A DNA stretch of 61,848 nt, filler included. It is 10 parts of 10 records of this genome, joined end to end, with 100 filler letters (N's around TTAATTAATTAA, not from the genome) between each part and the next. Parts side by side here need not be neighbours in the genome. Positions count along the whole stretch, not along the records: positions 1 to 15,928 come from SRR7504441_3516; positions 16,029 to 22,779 come from SRR7504441_3517; positions 22,880 to 30,205 come from SRR7504441_3521; 7 more parts are not named here. One strand, 5' to 3'. This document shows positions 12,282 through 23,398 of this stretch, piece by piece (the stretch's first letter is position 1; the number at the start of each line of letters is the position of its first letter). The position numbers and the translations under genes were made by a program. The notes beneath the pieces were generated by a model. That model was given only the letters and a program-made list of their open reading frames with translations, ran no database searches and had not been told where the DNA came from.

Positions 12282-13332
12282 CTATTCCTTGGTATCGGGA
12301 TCGTGACGCATCGCCTCAGTGGCATAGAGCCCCATACTAGCCACCGCCACTAGTGCGGCTGTAGAGCCCACGAGTGAGGCACGATCGCCGTACCACAGTT
12401 GTCCGACCAGCATGATGGTGCACGACTTGAGCTGCCCGAGAACCGTGTGCCCGAGCGCCGAGCTGTGCCGGATCATTAGCACCTGCAAGCCGGCTCGGAC
12501 CGGCCGGCACGGGCCGATAGACCGAGGACCACTGGAGCAGCAACCCGAGCAGCATCGTGGTGCCTACAATCAGCGCGGCCCAGCGGTTCCCGGCCAGCCA
12601 GCTGGCGGCGCCCGGCCGGTCCAGGCAGATCGAGAGGAGCCCAGTGGCCAGCACCGAGCCCGGGAGCACCGCGCGGAGCAGCCCGAGGGCATCTGGCGGG
12701 TCAGGCCCAGTCTGGAGCAAACGGGCGTACGAGCACTTGTTGAACCCAGTCGGCAGGCACCAGAGCAGCGCCACCGCCAGCCCGGCCCCGGAGAAGAGCA
12801 CATCCTGCCCGTTTGCAACCGCCACCGAGACGGTGAGCACGCAGAGGAGCAGCAGCTTGCGGGCCGACAGCCGCCTGCCTAGCCACAACCACTCCAAGCC
12901 GGCCACCACGGGGCAGGCGAGCAGTTTGGCCAGCTGGAAGGAGGAGACCGAATTGAGCTGGAGCGACAGATTGGCCAGCCCGTTCTGCAGCCCAACCACT
13001 GCCCCAAGCCCCAGCAGCCCCAGCCGGGCCCGCAGGCCGCGCGGCCGCCACGGATTGGGCTGACTGGCACGGAGCGCGGTGACTCCGAGTAGAGTGCCCA
13101 CGTCGCCCATGCTGGTGAGCAGCAGCGGGTAGCGGAAGCTGGTCAGCGTCTGTTTGTTCCACAGGATGATCGCGATCTGCCCGCCCTCAGCCGCCTTCAG
13201 CGACCAGCCCACCGCTGCAGTGAAATTGAACAGCGCCACCCCTGCCACGCGCGGCACAGAGCTGGGCGCGCCCTCGCCCTCGGGCCGAGGGTCCTCCAGG
13301 TCCAGCTCGTGCCCCTTCTTGATGAGCGCCAG
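12282..13332 (-). CDS. SLC35E/triose-phosphate-translocator family transporter; start codon unresolved
   Basis: Motifs IILWNK..FRYPLLLT, LANLSLQLNSVSSFQLAKLLACP and SALGHTVLGQLKSC, with multiple TM helices. Introns 13177-13212 and 12483-12522. No ATG lies between TM1 and the RRS1 start. Confidence 0.8.
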
Positions 13333-13397
13333 ACCTGCCGCCTCGGGCCCGCTCTTGCCGTTAGACCGGCGCGGGAAGCCTCTGAGACCGGCGCGCG

Positions 13398-14770
13398 ATG
13401 GGCAAGGCGAAGAAGAAACAGGCCGTGACGGAGGAGGAGGTGGAGGACAAACAGGAGGCGGTGATCGGGGTGGATGAGGTGGCCGAGATCGTGGCGGCTG
13501 GCGAGAACAGCGAGTGGGCCGCCGGGTCGGGCGGGGGGCGAGCCGGGGCAGGCTGGACCTGGCCGGGCTGGAGCAGGACATCCGGCTGATGAAGCAGGTG
13601 GCCACGGTGGACTCGGGCCACCTGGCTGTGTTCGACCCGACCCCGATCGACGAGGCCGAGTACAAGAAGGACCCGGAGCGGATGCTCAAGTCGCACGCCT
13701 CGGCCGCGGTGCAGATGCTGCTCCGCCAGCTGCAGACGCTGCCACAGGAGAAGGTAGCCGGCAGGCCGTGCCGCCGGCTGACTGGCTCGGGCAGAGCCGG
13801 CACGGGGCCATCGCCACGCTGCCCAAGCCGGAGCTGATCACCCCTCGGGAGAAGCCGGTGGGTCCGGGTGCGGCCCGGGCGAGCCGCGGGCCAGATCCCC
13901 AAGCCCAAGCCGCTGACCCGCTGGCAAAAGTTCGCGCAGGAGAAGGGAATCCGTAAGCAGAAGCGGTCCAAGATGGTGCGTGCCGCTGACTGGGCGGGGG
14001 CGAGCGGGTGTGGGCAGGAATGGGATGAGACGAGGCAGGAGTACCGGCCCCGGCACGGGTACAACCGGGTGAACGACACTAAAGAGGACTGGGTGCTGCC
14101 GCACAAGGAGGCCAAGGGCAACGACTACGACCCGTGGGAGGAGCGGGCTGAGGCCAAGAGGGATCAGAAGGAGAAGCAAAAGGCGGGCGCAGGCTGCCGG
14201 CGATGCTGAGCGTGGGGCAGATGCAAGAGAACAGGAACATGAAGGAGGCGGCTGAGGCCGGGTACAAGGCCCCGCTGCTCCAGAGCGAGATGGACGGGAG
14301 CAAGCTCCGGAAGCACGAGGTGGCCGACACACTCGCAGTGGTGCAGGCAACAGGCCAGACCTGGCCGGCTGGCCAGCGGGGCGCAGCGCTCAACGGCCTC
14401 GATGGGCAAGTTCGACAAGAAGCGGCACCACGAGCCGGAGATGAAGCTGCCCAGGGGCAAGCGGCACAAGGTCCGGTCTGCCAGTCCGCAGGCGAGCAGC
14501 CGGCAGGTGGCTCCTGCGGTCGGCACCTCGGATGAGCTAAAGTCAGAGAAGCAGCAGAAGCTGGCCGTGCTGGACAGGATGATGCGCGGCGAGGCAAGCT
14601 CGGCCTTTAACGCGGACAAGGCGGCCAATTACCAGCAAGTGGAGGACGAGAGGGCCGGCCGGACTAAGAAAGCCAAGGCGGGCGGGGACGGTAAGAAGCG
14701 GCGATCGCAGATGGGCAAGCCAGTCAACGCCAAGGGCCGCAAGATGGGCGCCCTGAAGAAGAAAGGCTAA
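13398..14770 (+). CDS. RRS1: Ribosome biogenesis regulatory protein Rrs1
   Basis: Spliced motifs DSGHLAVFD, TPREKPIPKPKPLTRWQKFAQEKGI, WDE..EYRPRHGY and STASMGKFD. Introns 13514-13551, 13754-13794, 13858-13894, 13976-14017, 14183-14220 (GC), 14347-14386 (GC) and probably 14471-14506. Confidence 0.92.
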
Positions 14771-14919
14771 GCACGCTCACGTCCACGCGAGTAATCAATC
14801 ACTCCGACGTTTCTAATGCGATTATTTTAGCAATAAATGCGTCGTCAGCTGTCATCATAACGGGCATAATAACGCCAAGGTGCCCCAGGCAGTGCGAGAG
14901 CAGGGCGCTGTCTGCCGGC

Positions 14920-15928
14920 ATGACTCGCGATCCGACACGGGCGCGCGAGGCGCTGGCGGCGGTGTTTGAGGCGCTGGACGCAAACGGGAGTGGGATGCTC
15001 GAGCTGGACGAGCTCGAGGTGTTTGGGCCGGAGGTGGAGGGCCTGCTGGCCGCCTGTGGCCAGCGGGAGCACAAGGAGCGGCTCTCGCTGGCCGAGTGGC
15101 AGCGGGGGGTGCTCGCGGCCACCAAGCTGCTCTCCGAGGCCCAGTTCAAGCGGGAGTGGCTCGACCGGCTCTGGGACGGTTTGGGGGAGGCCAAGCGACA
15201 ACGAGTCCAGGCCAAGGCAGCCTCGGCCGCCCTGGCCGAGAAGGCGCTGGCCGAGAAGGCCGAGCAGGCTGAGGCAGCCCAGCAGGCTGAGGCAGCCCAG
15301 ATGGCCGAGCAGGAAGCGCTGCGGGAGCGGCAGGAGGAGCAGCTCCGGGCCGAAGCCGAGCGGCTGCGCGACGAGGCGCAACGGGCGGTGAAAGGTGGAG
15401 GGAGAGCTTTGTCGCCGGAGGAGCGGCAGGCGCAGGCCGAGCGGCTGACCGAGCTGCTGGGCCGACTGTCGGAGGTCGGGATAGGTGTGCCTATGCTGGG
15501 TCGGTTCAACCAGTACACGCTGGCTGAGGTGTCGTCTCTGCACATCACGGACGCCCGCTGGGTGCTCCAAATGCTGCAACTGCCAGCCGACCAAGGCGAA
15601 GAGGAGCGCTGCCACTGGACTGCGCCCGGGCCTCATGCTGAGAAGCACAGCTACTTGACCAGCTCGGTTCCAGCGCACGAGCAGGCAATTCGAGCGCTGT
15701 GTGTGTACAATCAAGGCTGCTGCCTGGCCACTGCATCTGATGATGGTCGGGTCAAGTTCTGGAGCCTGGACTGCAGCGAATGCCTGGCTCGGCTGGTGCC
15801 GCTAGCCCACGGAGTGCACGAGGGGGGCGCTGTGTGGAGTCTGTGCCGACTTGGTGCCGACAAGATGGCGAGTGCAGGCGAGGATGGGCAGATTCTCATC
15901 TGGGAGCCACCCACTGAACGAGAGCCTC
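14920..15928 (+). CDS. EF-hand + Ala/Glu-rich coiled coil + WD40 repeat protein, 3' truncated by contig end
   Basis: DANGSGMLELDE EF loop; AEKALAEKAEQAEAAQQAEAAQ repeats; WD40 motifs LATASDDGRVKFW and MASAGEDGQILIWE. Confidence 0.7.
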
Positions 15929-16028
15929 NNNNNNNNNNNNNNNNNNNNNNNNNNNNNNNNNNNNNNNNNNNNTTAATTAATTAANNNNNNNNNNNNNNNN
16001 NNNNNNNNNNNNNNNNNNNNNNNNNNNN
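15929..16028. other. Artificial contig linker
   Basis: 44 N + TTAATTAATTAA (stops in all six frames) + 44 N. Confidence 0.98.
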
Positions 16029-16337
16029 GGGTGCAGCTGCAAAGGCGCCAACTGCGACTGCCTACCAAGCATGAACCCCTTCGGGCCGCAATCGTGCGGC
16101 TGCGAAGACGGCGGGTGCACCTTCGCCAACTGCAACGCCCCGACCTGCGAAGCGGGCGGGTGCACCTTCACAAACTGCAAGCATCCGTGGTGCGAGCAGG
16201 GTCGGTGCACCTTCATCGACTGCGAGGAGGCGAACTGCGAAGCGGGCGGGTGCACCTTCACCCGAACGACCCTGTGTGATGGTGGCGAAGTTGGCGGTTG
16301 CGTCCATTTGCCCAACATATACGGGCCAATGGGTTGA
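16029..16337 (+). CDS. 3' part of a Cys-rich 15-residue repeat protein
   Basis: Frame open from the contig edge. Units CEDGGCTFANCNAPT, CEAGGCTFTNCKHPW, CEQGRCTFIDCEEAN and CEAGGCTF at 45-nt periodicity. Confidence 0.7.
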   Translation, partial: GCSCKGANCDCLPSMNPFGPQSCGCEDGGCTFANCNAPTCEAGGCTFTNCKHPWCEQGRCTFIDCEEANCEAGGCTFTRTTLCDGGEVGGCVHLPNIYGPMG

Positions 16338-16742
16338 ACGCTGCTTCCGAATTTGAAGAGGTTAATGAACCCACGTTCTGTGAGTCTCAACGGACGAGTT
16401 CAACACACGGCTTGCGTCGATGTGTTGCGTACGGCCGACAGGAGGACGTTGCAGACAACATACACATGTAGATTTGTTTATGATGCAATGAGTATTTATT
16501 TTACAGTTGTAAGATTTTCGAGGCTAGCCGCGATTGTCATAGATTCGAGTATTTGGCTTGTAGGAGGCCTTGGTATTTTGGCTTGTAGATAGCGCGTCGA
16601 TTGAATCGAGGCCGAGCAAGATCAATAAGAGTAAAGTGTTCTTTTATTCCTTTAGTGGCCTCGCTCAGACGGTTATGTGGGTCTTAGGGCTCCGACTGAT
16701 TACTAAATGTACATAATAATATGTCTCTATGTATCGTCATGA

Positions 16743-17422
16743 TCACTCGGTTTGTTCCGCCAATCCGCGGAGGTACTCCTGCTTTATCATTACCACTGAC
16801 CGGGTCTGCCACAGCAACGGACTCATCATGAGCACCATAAACCCCAGCGTGATCAGGAACACAAGCCGTGAGCAGGCGATGGAGAGCTTGAGCATCTGGG
16901 ACATCAGGAATAGCACCACAACTAGCCCCATCAGCAGCCAGCCGCCTTGAACGCGGTAGAACCCATACAGGCGGAGCAGACCCTTGGCCTGGTCGCTCGG
17001 GGTCTGGGCCAGCTGGGCTGCAATCTGGAGAGACCTGTAACATGTGATCATCTTTAGCTCACCGCAACGCACCAGATCAGCAGGGTAATGGTTGCGACGA
17101 AATTACACCCGAGAAGACTCTGGTAGACTTCGCAAAGCGCGGTGTAATCAGATCCGGCCCATATGGTGTGCGGGTGGAACTCGGGATTCTTATTGCCCAC
17201 GTCTGCGATCGATTGCCCGAGCAGGAAGGCCGCCACCACGCCGATAGATCCGTACAGGGTGCTGTAGGCCGAACCGAGCGTCCGACTGCTGTTTCGGCTC
17301 AGGATCAGCCGCCACTCGTCTGCCGCATCGATGAATGGGTTGAGGTTGGTCGGGGCATACTCGCCGCCCACGCCACCCGCCGCCCCCTCCAGTAAGCTGG
17401 CATCCGGAGCGTCCCTTGACAT
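16743..17422 (-). CDS. Uncharacterised membrane protein (about 4 TM)
   Basis: ORFs 17054..17422 and 16743..17072 are joined in frame by a 38-nt GT-AG intron (GTGCGTT...TTACAG). Four hydrophobic segments. Confidence 0.65.
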
Positions 17423-17714
17423 CCTGGCAGTGCCGTTACGCGACTTCTCGGAGTAGATCTACATTATCATTTCTCTCAAAAATGTTGTATACGGCCATGA
17501 CAGAACAGAGCGCCCCGGAACGGAGAGAGGGGGAGAAAGGGTTGGCGCCGCACTACCCGCTCGCCCATGCCGCCCCATCCGGTGCCGCCGCCCTCCGCCC
17601 CCCTGGGGCCGCCGAACCGCGCGCCGTGTACACAGTTCATGTCAGCGTGTCAGCGCACTGTACAGGATAGACAATTTTGGTGTCACGGAAAGCAGTTGGC
17701 GTATTTGGCGGGCA

Positions 17715-18557
17715 ATGGCGCAGCGGCTGCAGGTCTGCCTGGCCAACGAGCGGCTAGCCCCAGCTCAGCTGGGCACCGGCTACCTCGGCCCGCTGGCCGC
17801 AAAGAGCCCGACGCAAGGGGCCACCTTCAACGGCACCAGCGATGCGCTCGACGCCCAGATGGAGGCAGCCAGAACGATGGCGCCGGGCTCCGGGCCGTCC
17901 GACTCGGGCTGGCTGCCCAGTCCGCTGGACGGCGGCTGGTTGCAGCTGCATGACCAGCCCGGCTGGCACCCAAACCACCGGCAGGCGGCCCACGGCCGCC
18001 AACGGATGTTCGGCTCAGCCGCGGCCTGCGGGAGCACCTGGGAGGGATCTTGCCCCCCGCCGGACCCGAATTGCACAGGCGGCGCGTCGATGACGGTGCG
18101 GGCGCGAGGCTCGGTTGTGGTTCAGCTGCTGTGGGGGGCAGGACAAGCTGCTGGCCCGGCGGGCGGCTGGGGCGGCCTACAGCAACAGCCAGTGTGTGGC
18201 CCAATGTGCGTTCATATATATATGTTTTAGTGTGTTTATTGAGCCGCGCTGGTAGGCAACAAGGGGCACTGGCGGGAAGTGCAGGCGGTCCAGAACAGCG
18301 TGGTCAGCTATGCGCTCCAGGAGCGTCACTGGAGGCCGGAGGACAGAGAGGTCAGTGCCGGGCTCCGAGCTGCTGGCGAGAGTCTGGTCGGGCCTCACCC
18401 GGTATCTGACCGCTGGAAGTCTGCGCGGGCGGCTGTGATGGCCCGGCCGCCGTTCGTTTCGGAGCCGAACCTGGAGCCGACAGTGGGACTGCTCGACCAT
18501 GCCTCCAGGCAAATGCGGACGGTGTGCAAGCCAACGCCTCATTGGTTCTCTCGATGA
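17715..18557 (+). CDS. Hypothetical protein (multi-exon)
   Basis: ATGGCG start after an AT-richer spacer. ORFs 17715.. and 18279..18557 can be linked through short GT-AG introns. No recognised domain. Confidence 0.45.
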
Positions 18558-19036
18558 ATAGTTGACCTTCGAACGAGTCTACTCATGGTCATCTGATTCG
18601 GTGGTAAATGAGCGCCCATTGAGTATGCTTAGGGCTGATGTTGCTTGAGTCTTGCATGTGTGCGGACTGAACCAAACACGACCAAACAAGATTATTAAAT
18701 CGGCAACTAATAGACTTTACCGTTGATTATGTGATATACAGTAAGGTAAATCACTGAGAACAGAGAGGCATCGCCTAACCCTCCAGTTGTGTGTGTTGTG
18801 TACCTGGTACCACGTAATCGGTTGTCACTCAGCAACAACATCAGATGCCGGCGCACCCACTGCATGACAATGTGTTATCGTTGAAAGCACGGCACTCGGC
18901 CACAGTGCAGGCTCAGCGTGCCAGCCAGCGGACGGCAGGCGTGCCCAGTGATTGGCTGCAGCAGCTCCGGGCTGCTGTGTGGCTTGCCTAAGCACTGCAA
19001 GCACCGGCGCTGGGTGGGCGGCTGCCTCGATGAGCG

Positions 19037-19435
19037 ATGAGCGCCCTCAGCGCCATCACAGACTTCGGACCGGCCGGCACACCAAATCAGGCCCGCGTCC
19101 CCAGCGCTCAGGCCGATCCCGAGTCCCCGGGACCGCCCTCGGAACCAGGGGGCGCCAGAGCTGGGGAGACCGACCATCGACCGACCGTGCACAAGATCAA
19201 AGAGAGGGCCGGGAACGAAACAAAGGCGCCCCCCGCGGGCGGGACAGCAGCCGCAGCGCCTGCCGAAGGGGAGCCTGCCATCGTCATCAGCGTGGCGCGC
19301 AGGCCGAGGGCTCGGCTCCGGCAGTATCGGCCCAAACTGCCCGGCGACGACAGCAGGCCGACTAACATAGACCCAGACTGCGAGCACGACCCTTACCTGT
19401 GCACCTGCTTTGAAGGAATCGGCACAATTATGTGA
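19037..19435 (+). CDS. Hypothetical low-complexity protein
   Basis: GC-rich ORF followed by an AT-rich convergent intergenic region. Ends CEHDPYLCTCFEGIGTIM. Start uncertain. Confidence 0.35.
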   Translation: MSALSAITDFGPAGTPNQARVPSAQADPESPGPPSEPGGARAGETDHRPTVHKIKERAGNETKAPPAGGTAAAAPAEGEPAIVISVARRPRARLRQYRPKLPGDDSRPTNIDPDCEHDPYLCTCFEGIGTIM

Positions 19436-19672
19436 ACTCGTGCTTACTCAACCAGCTGCTCTCATGTCACTTGTGCTTCTCGTACCATGTTGTACATTTT
19501 AACAGTTGTACTCGTACGAGTGCGAGTATCTACATGTATGGGACGGATCGAACTCACTACGTATAAACAAGTCTACACGTATAGTAAACCTTTAGGAGCA
19601 TTTATCAATTTTACCATTCTATTGTGGTGTACTGTCATTCAGGTTGGACAGATTCTAAACTGCCTCCCGGAT

Positions 19673-22600
19673 TTAACTTTGTCCAGTTTCGATGATAGCG
19701 GCTGAGTGATACTCACCGCATGCTATGTACGACACTTTGCAATGCCGCAACGAGGCGAGACAAGTTAGCCCTTCACTTGGGTCCGGACTTGCCGCCTCCT
19801 TCCCCCTGCCCAGCTGCCCAAAGTTGTCTCGTCCCCAGGTGAACACTTCGCCCTGGCTGCTGAGCACCACATTATGCCCAGAGCCGCACGCCACTCTGAC
19901 AGGGACAACTGCCTGCGCCTTGGACCCGGCAAACTGTATCAACTCCTCGATCTGATCCGTCCCGCGCCAGAGCACCACTCGGGTGTCGTGCAGCAGCCCG
20001 ATCACGTGATATACACCGCACACAACCTGCCCCGAGCGCTCAGCCAGACCCGACCACGACGGAGACCTGCAACGCTGGGTGGCCCTCAAAGGCCGGCACC
20101 ACCACCGGGGTGGCTTCCACGCGCATCGAGGCGTCGTAGCTAGCCCCGCAGCACAACACCTGGCACTCAAGCTCGCCATCAGGCCAGTTGAGCGGAATAC
20201 CTGTCCCGCGACCGTTACGAATGCCGAGCCCTGAGGTCCGAGCGAGACAGAGCTGATCTGGAGCGCGGAGAGAGCCTCGAGTCGCCTAACTGCCGCTCAA
20301 GCCAGCAGAAGCGCGCGGCACCGGGGCTGGGCGCAGCTGACGCAGTCGCCGTGCCCGAGCTGGCCATATAGTGAGCAACCGAACGTGTAAACCTGCCCGT
20401 TGCAGACGACCGCAGTGTGCGACTCGCCGACCGCGACCATGCTGGCCTGTTTGTTGTCAAAGAATCCTAGCCGAGTCGGCTCCCACACGTACTCCTCATA
20501 CTCGTCCTTGAGCGCAAACCCGAGCTGGCCGTGGTTGCCCCGGCCCCAAGTGTACAGCACGCACTCCTCAGTAAGTACCGCTAAGTGTCGGCCGTATCCA
20601 CACGCCACCTTGCGCACCCGGCGGAGCTCCGGGATGTGCCGTGGCAGCTTCAGGCCCTCCTCGCACGTGGCCTGGTTCTCCCGGCCAAGCACGAATAGAT
20701 CGCCCATCTGGGTAACGATCGCCGTGCAGTACGCCCCGCAGCTGATGCAGCCCACCCGAGAGCCGACCATAAAGTGCTCTACCCGCTTGGGCAGATGTTG
20801 ATTCTCCTGATCTCCATGTCCCAACCGACCGTGCTTGCCGCATCCCCAAGTCCACAGCTCCTGCGCTCCCCCGATCGCCTTGGCCAGCCGCTCTTTGCTC
20901 TCTGGTACGCCGATTGCACACAGAAAACGCCGTAGCCGCCTTGTCACCCGCGGGTCTGCCCCCCGGTGAGCCCGCAGCCCCGACGATTACTCACCGTCCC
21001 ATGCAAACTGCTCCGTCGCCACAAACTCGAGCAAACGCTTAGTCCGGCCCGAGAGCAGCGAAGCGCTCGCCGTCCGGCTCATACTCAGCGGGTTGGCCCT
21101 GTTGGCGCTGCACATGGACAGTGCGAACACAGTAGGGAGAAGCTCGCGCCGTGTCTCGCGGGGAAGCCCTGGGTTCCGGACCAGCAGCCCTGCAAGCTCG
21201 GCCGCGGGCTCGGCGTGCTCCGGCCTGGTCTCGCTCAGCAGCAGCAGAAAGCCTCCCAGCAGCTTCTGGACCAGCCAGCCAGACCCGGCCAGCAGCTCGC
21301 TCTCTGGGAGCAGTCCGGCGACCTCGGCCGCGTGAGGTGGCGGATGTGGGCCTGACGGCCAGCCGGCCCCACGCACGAGCAGCTTGCTCAGTCGGACAAG
21401 CCAGTGGTCAGCAGCTGAGCCCTCAAGCGCCGGCTCCGGCTGCTGGGTCAGTCCAGCCAGCAGCACGGCGCAGCACGCCAGCTCCGGCTCCATTATGGCC
21501 GGTCCGACTGAGCGGAGCAGCCCTTTAGCCATCGCAGGCTGATCGACTGCCGCCGCAACCAGCATCAGCGCACACACCTGCAGCCAGCTCTGTACAGGCC
21601 CGACCTCGAGCGCACCGTGTGCTCGGAGCCTGGACGGGCTAGCTCCTGGAACGCGTCCACGTGATCTCCAATCTGACGCAGCAGCCGTCTCGAGAGTTCA
21701 TCCAGAGCTTGGTCCTCGGACTCGCGAGAGCAGCGCGCCGACACCGCAAGCTGACTGACCGCCCAAACTGCCTCGAGCGCTGCCCCCAGTCAGTCAGCCG
21801 GCCGGCGGGCACGCACTGTGCGCGGGTTGGTCGAGCTGGTCGAGCAGATCGAGCAGCGCTGGGAGCACATAGAGCCCGGCTGGCCCTAGCAGCCCATCTG
21901 AACAGCAGTGCGCCAGCAGCCACTCAAGAGAGCTATCGGCCGACTGCCCGAATCGGGCCAGCCGCTGGGCTATCTCGGCACAGCCCTGGCCGGTGTGGCA
22001 GCTCTCTAGTCTGTGCCACGAGACCAACTCTAAGTCCCTCAGTGAGCACCCCGGCTTGCCAAACCGGCAAGGCTCCCACGCGAGCGTTAGCTGGAGTGCC
22101 GGGTGGAGCCCCACACCCGGCTGCCGCACCGGCTGGAGCTGCACCTGCGCACGGGTCGTCGGCCAAGGTGCAGCCGGGACACACCCAGTCAGTGGACGAG
22201 CTCATCTGCTCCACAGAGCCCAGATCAAGACGAGCAGTGGCTAGCACGCCGTCCGAGCTCTGACAGAACAGCAGCAGCTCGACGCTCAAGTCCGGGTCTA
22301 ATTGACTAACCTGCGGCCAGTCAGCAGGCCGCATCTCGGCTGGCACCCGCAGATGCAGCTGGGTGGGCAAGCTGTCCGGAGCAGCCCAGCTCGCGCGCGC
22401 GGCCCACTCTCCTGCGGAGAGGAGCATCAGGAACCCCTGGTGCGCACCCGGCCACTCAAGCTGCCGAGAGGCCTTCACTGTGCACATGAGCCGGCCCCGC
22501 GCGGCCAGCTCGTACTGGCCAGCTGACGGCCTAGGAGCGCGCGGCCGGGGCTCCGTGTCGGCCGCATCAAACAGCGATGTGGCCGGGCTCAGTTCGGGGC

Positions 22601-22779
22601 TCTCGGGCCCGCCCATGCTCATCAGTTCGAACTGACCCCCAGGCGTCTGCTCGTCGGCTGCTGCCTCCCGCGCCGCAGCTTCCTCCCGGAGCTTCGCTGC
22701 TTCCCTGGCCGCTGCTTTGGCGGATGCCTCTCGCACTGCCGCCTCCTCCCGAAGTGCTGCTGCTTCCCTCGCCGCCGCC
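19673..22779 (-). CDS. RCC1-repeat protein, 5' truncated
   Basis: Multiple RCC1 blades (LWTWGCGKHGRLGHGD, ISCGAYCT, LYTWGRGNHGQLG, VAVGESHT, VFTWGRDNFGQLG, IACGEYHS). The upstream exons are unrecognised and their linkage is inferred. Confidence 0.75.
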
Positions 22780-22879
22780 NNNNNNNNNNNNNNNNNNNNN
22801 NNNNNNNNNNNNNNNNNNNNNNNTTAATTAATTAANNNNNNNNNNNNNNNNNNNNNNNNNNNNNNNNNNNNNNNNNNNN
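22780..22879. other. Artificial contig linker
   Basis: N44-TTAATTAATTAA-N44. Confidence 0.98.
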
Positions 22880-22880
22880 G

Positions 22881-23054
22881 AGGCTGAGGCTGGTCGCGGC
22901 GGGGTGGGAGGTTCTGGACGTAGTTGGCGAGGATCCGTACATGTATTGCAGGCTGGGAGACTGCAGACAAATTCCGTACGGTGACAATCTGATCAACGGC
23001 GGTGAAGCTTGGCAGAACCAGCCGGTCATGGTTCTCCAGAAGCCAATTGGATAA
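22881..23054 (+). CDS. C-terminal fragment of an unknown gene
   Basis: Open frame RLRLVAAGWEVLDVVGEDPYMYC...QPVMVLQKPIG* from the contig edge, followed by AT-rich sequence. Confidence 0.4.
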   Translation, partial: RLRLVAAGWEVLDVVGEDPYMYCRLGDCRQIPYGDNLINGGEAWQNQPVMVLQKPIG

Positions 23055-23398
23055 TTAAGTACATGATCGTAGTCACCCAAGTTATCCTTACTGATTCACT
23101 CCATAGTTGGTTAGCTATGTCTAAGAAACCTTCATCTCTACTAAGTCTTCAACTTTACAAGATTAATTTTCCATACTTCGAACTACAGTAAGATTTTCTA
23201 GTCTACATGTCAATGATGTACCAAGATTCGCCAGCTGCGTACTGTTGTAGTACTGTTGGCTTTCGTCAAGCGTATTTAAAAAGCTCGCTTCGGTGAACCA
23301 ATCAAAATTGGCGCATTGGGAGATTTGGGACTGACCTTTTCAGCAACAGATTTTGGAGCTTTACATATTAATAATAAAAGGAGTCAGTTGGGCCTTCC

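Noticed and set aside
9759-14770. Apparent frameshifts and premature stops suggesting pseudogenes or programmed frameshifting
   Set aside because: Each break examined is resolved by a ~36-43 nt G(T/C)-AG intron that restores conserved motifs.
16086-16280. Periodic repeats as a CRISPR array
   Set aside because: They are in-frame 45-nt coding repeats in a eukaryotic context, with no cas genes.
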